A DNA stretch of 64,000 bases, taken from the NCBI GenBank assembly GCA_016286055.1, contig JAEERW010000009.1, forward strand, positions 28,592-92,591. Reading direction: 5' to 3'. Below the pieces are notes generated by a model that saw nothing but the letters and a program-made list of their open reading frames with translations, searched no databases and was not told the origin of the DNA. The stretch comes from Bacteroidales bacterium. Its GTDB lineage: Bacteria > Bacteroidota > Bacteroidia > Bacteroidales > UBA3824. A program made the translations under genes and the position numbers. Below are positions 46,801 through 52,761 of the stretch, in pieces; within the stretch, counting starts at the first letter, position 1, and each line of letters starts with the position of its first letter.

Positions 46801-49670
46801 CCAATACCATCAAACTCACCAATAGTTAAATTATTAGGAGCATTCACAAACATACACCTACCCAAATCGATTTGACCAGGCACTTGTTCAAAAACAATTT
46901 TACCTATATTATCAACGGTAGCAGTGTTTGTAAACTGCCGCCAGTCACGTCCCTTGATAACCAAAATATCACCCGCATTTGGAGTATGTGTATTGCCATC
47001 CTTATCATACCATACTTGGGTTACTAATTCATTACTACCATTACCATTTTTCGAAGAATACAATACCCTCATTCCTGTAGAATTGCTTTTCAAACCTGCA
47101 GTGTAGTCACCAGAAGATAAATGTGTACTCTCCGAACAATTACTAAAAGATATAATTTTACCGTTAATACCGTAAGTATTTACTAATACTTGATGAGTTT
47201 TCGGTGTGTCATAAAATTTACCAATCGAAGTATAATAACCCCAAAATGATTCAAACAATTCCGTATAATTACCTTGTCCACAATCATCTCCCTGATAAAC
47301 ATTATTCAAGGTTATTCTCTCATATTTTCCATTATTTTTTTTTCTATATCCAGTAACACTAGCTATAGGATCACAATAATTCACATTCTGATATTCAGAA
47401 ACAGGAAATACATTCGACTCAACCCATTTTGTATTTTCAATAAGCGCCAATGATGTAAAAGTGCCATTAATATTAGAAGGAGATACAAAATTCAAAACAA
47501 AATCACAAGGATTTTCATCTTCGGTTTCCACCTTCCAATAACAATTCAAATTAGTGTTATTTTTCAAACACGGATGCTGCTTACCTATGGCACCAATAGT
47601 AATATATTCAGCGTTGAATGTTACACCATCATTTTGTGCGGTAATATACGCCGGTGCATAATACGAATCTGTACCGATATGCCATGTGGCAACGGTAGCA
47701 CCTGCAGAAACACCAGACTGTCTTGGTACATTAAGGCGCAATCCAGCCGAAGCCTTGTCGCCATTGTTTACAAAATAATGGTCGGGACCTCCGTTGGTAC
47801 CCTCTTTCAATGTAATCACATAAGCATTCAAATAGCATTTACCACTATTAAATGTGTAAGTGTTTGCTGTTATGCTGCTACCGAGGTTAACTTTGACTAC
47901 ATTCTGCTCAATAATATCATAGACTCCCGAGCCTGAAATAGTTTTATCGTTACCTGTCATTCGGAGCGTACCAATCATTTCGGCGTCGTTAACTACGTCG
48001 TTATTGGCTGAAACAATGTTGCTGCCGGCGTTGAACTTGCCTGATTTGATAGTGAGCACACCGTCTACGGTAATGTTGTCGGTTAAGATTACCGAATGTG
48101 TACCAGTCTTGTTGATAGTAAGAGTGGGGAACTTGAATTGTCCGTCGGCGATTGACACTGTAGAGTTGGCACTACCGTTGAAGGTAAGCGACTTCATGTT
48201 TGATATCGTACTTCCTGCTTCGGAAGTGAGGTTGCCACCTATCACCACGTCCTTATTGTTGAATCCAAGGCTAAGGTTGTTGCTGATGGTAAGGTCGTTG
48301 AGTATTGTAAGAGCGTCAACATTGAAATTGACTGTTTTTTTGAGAATTAAGTTCCAAAGAGGAACGGAGCACTCGTAGTTGCCGTCGTAAGAGTCTTTAA
48401 CCACAGTACCGCCAGTAACCACCGAGTTTGCGCATTTAAGTCTGAGGTCGCGTGCCACGTTGATAACACCGCCGGAGGTAGCAAAAACAGAGTTGTTAGC
48501 CATCAGTTCAATACGCTCTACATTGACCGTACCGGCAGATTGAGCAAAACGTCCGTAGCCTTCTGTATCAACAATACCTATGATTGTAGAAGTACCACCG
48601 TTAACTTGAAAGTCGCCACCGTTTTTAAGCGCAAGGTTTTGGCACTGAAAGCTGCCGCTTGTGACAGATAGCACACCTTCTAAGTTGATGTTTTTTGATG
48701 TGGTTACCGATCCGCCCGCGATGCTGAGTTCGGCGTTGGCGGGAATGGTGAATTCTGCAGAGTTGACAATTTCGCCGATTGCTACGTTAGAGCCAATAAT
48801 CAGTTTGCCCGATTGCAATGTTATAGGATTAGCGCCGAGCTCGAGCAGGCCTGTGGCTTCAGCCAGAATGTCGGCATAATAAGCAGTGGTGGTTTTCGAC
48901 ACCTTTATATTATTAATCTTTGCTAATTGTTTTAAGGTGAGAGTCTGGTTGCAGTTGTTGGCTGCAAATTCCAAAGTGCCTTTGATGTCGAAATTGCCGT
49001 TGTTGGTAATGTTGCCCTTGGAGGTTACTACCACATCGGCGTTGCTTGTAAACGAAGCATTGTTTACAAGTACATGTTCCACTATGAAATTTTTGGTGGC
49101 AGTAATACTTCCTGAGGTAATACGCAGAGTGCCCAAATGCAATGCTGCGTTGGAGAATGTCACATTACCGCTCTGCAAATTAAACGCGAGGTTTGCATAG
49201 TTGTCTTTGGAGCGTGTCATGGTGAAGTCTCCCACGAGCGATACGTTTCCAGTGTAAAAGTCTTTGCCATCATCCACTTCCGGATATTTGTCGCCTTGAA
49301 GTGTCATGCTGCCAGAGCCAACCATTTCTTTAAACACTGGCAGTGTAGCGTCGTTGTTGATAATAAGCGAAGCGTCGATGTGGATTTTCTTGGCTTTTGC
49401 CTCGCCTTCGTTGGTGATAGTAACCGGTCCTTTGATGTAAACCTCATCAGCTAAGGTGGGAAGCGCATCGGCGGGGAGATCACCTTCGGCATTGAAACTC
49501 CAAGTGGTTAAACTGTTCCATTCGCCACCAGTTGTGGGATTTGAGTAAAATACTTTCCCCTGTGGCTGCTGTGCCTGTGCGGCTGCGCACATAAATAGCA
49601 TGACTATCGCAGCCAATATCTTAATAGGTTTCATAGTTATGTATGTAGTCGTTTTCATGGTTGCTTTCAT
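40863..49670 (-). CDS. giant secreted surface protein (about 2,930 aa) with T9SS C-terminal sorting domain; adhesin-like
   Basis: A single uninterrupted ORF carries an N-terminal signal peptide (...MKPIKILAAIVMLFMCAAAQAQ). The body is Gly/Asn/Thr/Val-rich and beta-helix-like, with a (PE)n/(PQ)n linker. The last ~80 aa (VKVYPVPSNGPVTVELG...GVYILRLQT...VKRVLIQ) match the Por secretion C-terminal domain pattern. The start could be the ATG at 49670, 49658 or 49634. Confidence 0.85.
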   Translation of the reverse strand: MKATMKTTTYITMKPIKILAAIVMLFMCAAAQAQQPQGKVFYSNPTTGGEWNSLTTWSFNAEGDLPADALPTLADEVYIKGPVTITNEGEAKAKKIHIDASLIINNDATLPVFKEMVGSGSMTLQGDKYPEVDDGKDFYTGNVSLVGDFTMTRSKDNYANLAFNLQSGNVTFSNAALHLGTLRITSGSITATKNFIVEHVLVNNASFTSNADVVVTSKGNITNNGNFDIKGTLEFAANNCNQTLTLKQLAKINNIKVSKTTTAYYADILAEATGLLELGANPITLQSGKLIIGSNVAIGEIVNSAEFTIPANAELSIAGGSVTTSKNINLEGVLSVTSGSFQCQNLALKNGGDFQVNGGTSTIIGIVDTEGYGRFAQSAGTVNVERIELMANNSVFATSGGVINVARDLRLKCANSVVTGGTVVKDSYDGNYECSVPLWNLILKKTVNFNVDALTILNDLTISNNLSLGFNNKDVVIGGNLTSEAGSTISNMKSLTFNGSANSTVSIADGQFKFPTLTINKTGTHSVILTDNITVDGVLTIKSGKFNAGSNIVSANNDVVNDAEMIGTLRMTGNDKTISGSGVYDIIEQNVVKVNLGSSITANTYTFNSGKCYLNAYVITLKEGTNGGPDHYFVNNGDKASAGLRLNVPRQSGVSAGATVATWHIGTDSYYAPAYITAQNDGVTFNAEYITIGAIGKQHPCLKNNTNLNCYWKVETEDENPCDFVLNFVSPSNINGTFTSLALIENTKWVESNVFPVSEYQNVNYCDPIASVTGYRKKNNGKYERITLNNVYQGDDCGQGNYTELFESFWGYYTSIGKFYDTPKTHQVLVNTYGINGKIISFSNCSESTHLSSGDYTAGLKSNSTGMRVLYSSKNGNGSNELVTQVWYDKDGNTHTPNAGDILVIKGRDWRQFTNTATVDNIGKIVFEQVPGQIDLGRCMFVNAPNNLTIGEFDGIGMIDIRYNFNSPFNINADYSKFDANDESLYLLYYTGNTNDKTISFSHDGYFPNLTIGHASNNAMRISYAEILRVRNSLNFRRCTFRPIKNVTCGELRVGGVDKGVMEFSPDTPIDFVVIGDITYDYVVDGGADFDESEKTGDWYISVKSDAQERTTHSRLKVGGSILSTSNIDFLKNKKMGLDLVKGQNYVVLEFDGDKNGSVQVNPNRTNFLFNVKQMVINKEPGSYIKLSDRKVNFGDNNTLAGANSTSDKPLVMQSGEVIFDVSGQVVPLSSGNADFVIPENATLTANSGVKLNVTGTCTGITLGGVLNLNEGATLDDKGHFYYLQTNQTILNIGKATFNVGTDFCPKPSTTGVITWNITSPDALVTVGGGVCGTAGTNPKVDIAETSSLNFVEGVNVTFKGASGKTTDFTINADDADCEYVGSKFIFNGSSFKFDSNTSLPHVDIEPNTNVSLNNLPLNVFGDLTLKANANLDANGKDINFKGKYFTIYGTFTHHNNKVDFCGDGYQSVSGNKITFYNVDISNTKDKVEFRMPHIIDNELFIGEGAELYDEDDPQSVVSFPITVRGKYTNNGSYTGDGGIELNSGDSEGPAVLVSSPGYTSKLIVNNAKGAEVHNPTNSVLLVDKALTLTKGSLDMKFTNLVLGKEVQTVGGDGFQKEKMIVFETSDYGVKKIFSGTETDTIVLPIGVVNRYAPVKVLITDFAFKNVNEEASFTIYPIGTYHPTIESYDGPDWLTHGPKNNALDFYWNVVSQGVANFAGAIVFQNDRANYHDMNKADDPDYHYLPARLLEGKAEWDKQYSDDDTYDKGVIVFETSSLNFDLKDDATITGDYTAGLCNPLGEGAIPGTIQVYVSKKDGLWSEKSTWTIAKVENGKIVFNPSTGDVEVETDEDGEAVALTDDMKTNSIVYVYHNVYFDNNTNNVRNYRTFIGKRSDLTEPGEVDLKTTTGHCFGVLSGTGKLITLTGGLPRGRYADFVKAGSGTIVFDGDNYQYPISRNKFNNVEFMGSGMRMLGSEDLVVNGYFKAAGHDDMIIDNPDGKTWNICGDFIYNNGTFVAPTEGAVSIIRMCGKNHQRIYSENGTIHDPLEINILEIANESLDGVTVQVPINIVEHVKFEKGVLNTEKDNPFTIVKSSENESETVQNYNADRFINGPLTKKILTNGRWTFPVGSHHNGSEQENNRLGKFVVYNFNPGDGSGSGFVTVHYHYSPYPQSSNTSLYTDGIIGVDQSEYWTVTPNTNSATFGLTLRWDATSNVSNTPAELANVTITKFENNLWKRINSAPHATSQHTGTVTSIDPSIPHTQDAHIYTLAHTNVLTFKWEGTHSNDWFFPGNWSDNTLPSASDFVVVGTIGENCFYPIINDANESPEVKYLMLGDNSSLTIKSGSKLTVLSNVVVEDGSQLLLETSSTLADKDDDGKWHSIPLAGSLIYYGDYIGEVTFQRFVRSYEFERLSIPVSGFNVSQFFYGAYVYRYNEDADLDDDVPNKTDEYYHYQGADENQNPEILSDGWEMIGKSDVDNTDLTQAYRYISWPYLAPHALSFTGTPVLHGGEDFVVPVSFSRNDPVVPGMGFTDDMLDGWNFVPNPFLSAINADEMEFINVDEVIYYHDNISDNVIAYPIKAGVNVGLGVTNLGGSRYIPAGQSFFVHATKGAGSGAGSVVFTKKSRHHAESNTVIKSGKNSGNANFEKIVFNTSAGGDKYQSAVYFADDATEAFDPSYDAFMVESQNDNALFFYSFGSDYKVPLAANGLPHSVKDGGEIRLGYSTATAGTYTLYVPTLSVANAQVYLYDAEKETTTQLSEGFACKIDVAAGTNNSRFKLIFEPIVEPEPEPEPEPLPQPQPQPDPINDPVVIINPEIIVPDIIDDSNVPFDVDTDETDNNTDNIVPLPSELTTVDKEIDVKVYPVPSNGPVTVELGSLIEETGSVRMTLVSVSGRVIITKNVVDDKVELNIDKAGVYILRLQTPSKTVVKRVLIQ

Positions 49671-50277
49671 TTTGTTAAACACAAGGTTATGAATTTGCAC
49701 AATCTATTCTATTTAATTAAACACAATTTATGTGCAAATTGTTGCACCTGCTGTTTGAATTTTAGGTTAATTGACGCCATCAATACAATGCGTAAAACGC
49801 AGTGTACTAATGGTTGCGCAAAACATACAATTTACCGACGTCAAAAAGCGCCGAACTTTTGTATTTACAGCAAGATATAATCAATTATATTTTTTTAGCC
49901 GGGCAATTATATGCACATATAGCAGGCATAGTGCTTCAAGTGATTGCATCATATACAAAATCAATAATTACCAGTGGTTTGCATAATCAAACAGGTGCAT
50001 TTATAAAACAAAATAATTATCTATACATTGCACCTATTGATTTTATAATAATTTAAGCACATTATAATAATGCAAATGTATGCAACTAATTATTAACATA
50101 TTAGACTATGCCAATAATATAATACAATTAATCAAATAATATATATATCAATATATTGTATAAGGCAAAACGGGCAAAAATGCAATCGGGACTATACATT
50201 GTATTGGCTGAGATAAAAAAAATTAATTTTTTTTTAATATTTTGTACATTTTGCTTGCATATTTAAAATATTTATTT

Positions 50278-50285
50278 TACTTTTG
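50278..50285 (+). promoter_or_regulatory. -7 promoter box TACTTTTG
   Basis: An exact TAnnTTTG lies 41 nt upstream of the ATG at 50326. Confidence 0.45.
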
Positions 50286-50325
50286 TAGCAGTTGATAATT
50301 ATTATTAATCTTAAATTTATACAAT

Positions 50326-51045
50326 ATGACAAACGTACAAATCTCAATGTCAGGTGTATCGATACACAGAATGAGAACAGACATGCTCTCAGAGTTAGTA
50401 GCAAAACTTGTAAAGGCTGGCGGAGTGGCCAAAGAAAAGGTGACCAAAGAGATGATTGCCGAACTAAAAAAATCGGCCGCCATATTTACCGACGCCAAAA
50501 CCAAGGAAAAAACCACACAAACCACTGTGCTGTCGCAGCAGTACTTAGACACTCTCAAAAAGCGCTACACCGCGCTATACGGATGCATCACCACATCAAA
50601 AAACAGCGGAATAGAGGCGCAGGGCAAGGCCGCCGCCAAAATTGAGCCCAAATTTGTAAAAATCACCACTGTGTTTGCGCTCAAAAGCGAGGCTATTTCT
50701 AAGCTGGAAAACGTGCTTTCGAGCCTCAAGCAGCTGCCCGCCGAAGATTTTGAAACCATAGGCGCCGCCGCCATACTTGCCGACATGGAGTCGATAGTGG
50801 AGGAATACCGCACCACAATCAATTCGCGCGTGGATGTGAAGGTAGACAAAAGCAAGGCCGTGGTTACAGCACGCGACACGGTGGTAAAAAACATCCAGAA
50901 GCTGCTCACATCAATCAAATACGCCCAAGACTGCCTCGGCGGCAGCGAAACCGAGCTGGTGAAATCGTACAACACCATCTTTGCCGAAACAGCCGCCACC
51001 ATCAAGTTTATGGCTACGGTAAGGGCCAAGAAAAAAGATCAATAA
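50326..51045 (+). CDS. hypothetical all-alpha protein
   Basis: The 239 aa are Lys/Ala/Thr/Glu-rich and predicted helical, with no signal peptide. The gene has its own promoter box and terminator. I recognised no family with confidence. Confidence 0.55.
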   Translation: MTNVQISMSGVSIHRMRTDMLSELVAKLVKAGGVAKEKVTKEMIAELKKSAAIFTDAKTKEKTTQTTVLSQQYLDTLKKRYTALYGCITTSKNSGIEAQGKAAAKIEPKFVKITTVFALKSEAISKLENVLSSLKQLPAEDFETIGAAAILADMESIVEEYRTTINSRVDVKVDKSKAVVTARDTVVKNIQKLLTSIKYAQDCLGGSETELVKSYNTIFAETAATIKFMATVRAKKKDQ

Positions 51046-51071
51046 AAAAAATTCCATTCTTTCCTTGAAAT

Positions 51072-51104
51072 GGGCGGGCTGCTGCGGCACCCGCTCTTTT
51101 TTTT
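51072..51104 (+). terminator. rho-independent terminator after the 239-aa gene
   Basis: The GC-rich stem GGGCGGG..CCCGCTC has inner TGC/GCA pairs and is followed by T8. Confidence 0.7.
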
Positions 51105-51116
51105 GTATCATTATAA

Positions 51117-51192
51117 CCGTCTGGAAGACGGTATCTCTGTAACCCCGCACATCGAGCCGCCCCGGCGGCGCTGATGTGCGGGGTTATCTGTG
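51117..51192 (+). repeat. 76-nt GC-rich double-hairpin element, copy A
   Basis: The sequence is CCGTCTggaAGACGG-tatctctg-TAACCCCGCACATC-gagccgccccggcggcgct-GATGTGCGGGGTTA-tctgtg. It is identical to 52294..52369. Confidence 0.9.
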
Positions 51193-51234
51193 TGCAGTGG
51201 GCACATAGGCAGACGAGCCGTCTGCACTCCAACA

Positions 51235-51690
51235 CTACACCTTTTTATACTTTAAATAATGAAATAACTCATCGATAATGTCGAGTATTTCGGCATCGGT
51301 TACTATACCCCTTACAATATCACCTTTTTTGAGAAACTCTATATTAACGTGTTCGGGTCGATGGTCGGGATCGTTGATATTTATAAGAATTTTGCCGGGT
51401 GATAGATTTTCTATTTCTTTAGCAATGCCCTCCATCCATCCAACAAATGAATATCTTTTCTTTTTTGAGTTTCCATTATACATAGCGGCACGTTGGAGCC
51501 CAGATTCTATAAACCATTGCTTACCCATAAAGTCAAAACGGAGAAAAGATATTCCTTCTTCGTCTTGTCTAAGACCAATAAAAGTATCCTTTGGATAGTT
51601 TGTAATCGGGTCGATGTCTTTGGGCGAAAGCACTATGCGCGACAATTTTTCGTCGCCGTTAACACTATTGGCAAGATAATTATTTTTCAT
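51235..51690 (-). CDS. hypothetical protein (151 aa), downstream gene of a coupled pair
   Basis: Its ATG shares a base with the stop codon of the upstream gene (TAATG). It has no signal peptide or TM segment and contains DPDHRPEHVNIEF. I recognised no family. Confidence 0.6.
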   Translation of the reverse strand: MKNNYLANSVNGDEKLSRIVLSPKDIDPITNYPKDTFIGLRQDEEGISFLRFDFMGKQWFIESGLQRAAMYNGNSKKKRYSFVGWMEGIAKEIENLSPGKILININDPDHRPEHVNIEFLKKGDIVRGIVTDAEILDIIDELFHYLKYKKV

Positions 51691-52172
51691 TAAGCAATGC
51701 TTTCGAGGTGAGACCTTAGGGTTGAAAAGGTGTCTTCGTTGATATTTTCAAACGAATGATGTTCGGTTTCTTGGTCGGGACGTTTTATAAAATACGACAA
51801 TTGGGTGTCGCCGATTTCGCATTTGATTCGACCTTTGTTGGTTTCCAATTTAAGCATCACAGCGCCCATATATGTAGGATATAGGCGAATGAGTTTGGCA
51901 GTGGCAGGGTTGAGTGTGTTGGCAAATTTGTTGACGTTGGCAATGGCGGTTTTGTTGATACATGGAGCGTTTTCTCCGTCCCAACCTTTTTTTAGTTGGC
52001 GGATTTCCTTTAAATCGGTTTGCCACTGTGCAGCAGGTGTTTTTGCTTTTTGTTGCTCGGCATCCTGCGTAGCGAGCAGATTGCGAAAAGCAGTTTTCAC
52101 CTGTTTGGGCTGTGACTGATAAAACGCCCAAAGTACATCTAACGTTGATACTCTTTGTATTGCTGTTGCCAT
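51690..52172 (-). CDS. hypothetical protein (160 aa), upstream gene of a coupled pair
   Basis: It is preceded by a TATCTTTG box and contains KKGWDGENAPCI followed by beta-strand-like segments. I recognised no family. Confidence 0.6.
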   Translation of the reverse strand: MATAIQRVSTLDVLWAFYQSQPKQVKTAFRNLLATQDAEQQKAKTPAAQWQTDLKEIRQLKKGWDGENAPCINKTAIANVNKFANTLNPATAKLIRLYPTYMGAVMLKLETNKGRIKCEIGDTQLSYFIKRPDQETEHHSFENINEDTFSTLRSHLESIA

Positions 52173-52199
52173 TTACTGTTGCCATTAATTATTTCACTG

Positions 52200-52207
52200 C
52201 AAAGATA
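52200..52207 (-). promoter_or_regulatory. -7 promoter box TATCTTTG for the two-gene cassette
   Basis: An exact TAnnTTTG on the minus strand lies 28 nt upstream of the ATG at 52172. Confidence 0.5.
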
Positions 52208-52293
52208 ATGAATAATGCATAATGCACAATTATTTTTACCAACAAAAATCCAATTTTACCTTATGCCTCATACATTATTGTAATAAGCCAAAC

Positions 52294-52369
52294 CCGTCTG
52301 GAAGACGGTATCTCTGTAACCCCGCACATCGAGCCGCCCCGGCGGCGCTGATGTGCGGGGTTATCTGTG
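52294..52369 (+). repeat. 76-nt GC-rich double-hairpin element, copy B
   Basis: It matches copy A at 76 of 76 nt and is in the same orientation. Confidence 0.9.
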
Positions 52370-52393
52370 AGATAGGCATCTGCAAGCAGGCAT

Positions 52394-52493
52394 CCGTGCC
52401 TATATAGCCATATGATATCCGTGCCTATATAGCCATATGATATAGTGCCTATATAGCCATATTATATAGTGCCTATATAGCCATATGACATAT
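52394..52493 (+). repeat. four iteron-like tandem direct repeats (24-25 bp)
   Basis: The unit is GTGCCTATATAGCCATATGAYAT(NN), starting at 52396, 52421, 52445 and 52469. Each unit contains the palindrome CTATATAG. A fifth GTGC at 52494 runs into element copy C. Confidence 0.9.
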
Positions 52494-52495
52494 GT

Positions 52496-52541
52496 GCACA
52501 TCGAGCCGCCCCGGCAGCGCTGATGTGCGGGGTTATCTGTG
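52496..52541 (+). repeat. truncated copy C of the GC-rich hairpin element
   Basis: It matches the right ~46 nt of copies A/B with one substitution (CGGCGG to CGGCAG). The small hairpin and half of the left arm are missing. Confidence 0.85.
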
Positions 52542-52545
52542 CCTG

Positions 52546-52657
52546 GCTAATTCTGAATTCTGAATTCTGAATTATGAATTATGAATTATGAATTCTGAAT
52601 TATGAATTATGAATTATGAATTCTGAATTATGAATTATGAATTATGAATTATGAATT
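52546..52657 (+). repeat. heptanucleotide tandem array 2: (CTGAATT/ATGAATT) x ~16
   Basis: The period was read directly as 7 nt. The array starts 5 nt after element copy C and ends in an A-run. Confidence 0.9.
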
Positions 52658-52724
52658 AAAAAAAACCAATAGATTATTGATAAAATCTATTTATCAATCC
52701 ACTTGTGTGTACAAAAAAAAATTC

Positions 52725-52732
52725 TACCTTTG
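52725..52732 (+). promoter_or_regulatory. -7 promoter box TACCTTTG
   Basis: An exact TAnnTTTG lies 30 nt upstream of the ATG at 52762. Confidence 0.5.
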
Positions 52733-52761
52733 CATCTTAAATTTTATGAACTATTAAAAAA

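Noticed and set aside
51209-51225. The hairpin GCAGACG-agc-CGTCTGC just downstream of the 151-aa gene might have been its terminator.
   Set aside because: No T-run follows it on the minus strand. It shares the CAGACGG core with the small hairpin of the 76-nt element and is probably part of the same repeat context rather than a canonical terminator.
51117-52369. The hairpin elements might have been bona fide integron attC sites (a CALIN-type cassette).
   Set aside because: I have not adopted this as the primary call. The window has no integron integrase. The stem is perfectly paired, with no extrahelical bases. The bases flanking the TAAC/GTTA cores fit RYYYAAC/GTTRRRY poorly. I keep it only as a testable alternative in the finding.
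52222-52407. A 61-aa plus-strand ORF spans hairpin copy B.
   Set aside because: Its reading frame is created by the GC-rich repeat itself (PSGRRYLCNPAHRAAPAALMCG). It has no promoter box or coding-like composition outside the repeat.
52394-52493. The regular 24-25-bp direct repeats might have been a CRISPR array.
   Set aside because: The units abut one another with no unique spacers. There are only four copies and no cas genes or leader-like arrangement. The array is a tandem (iteron-like) repeat, not CRISPR.
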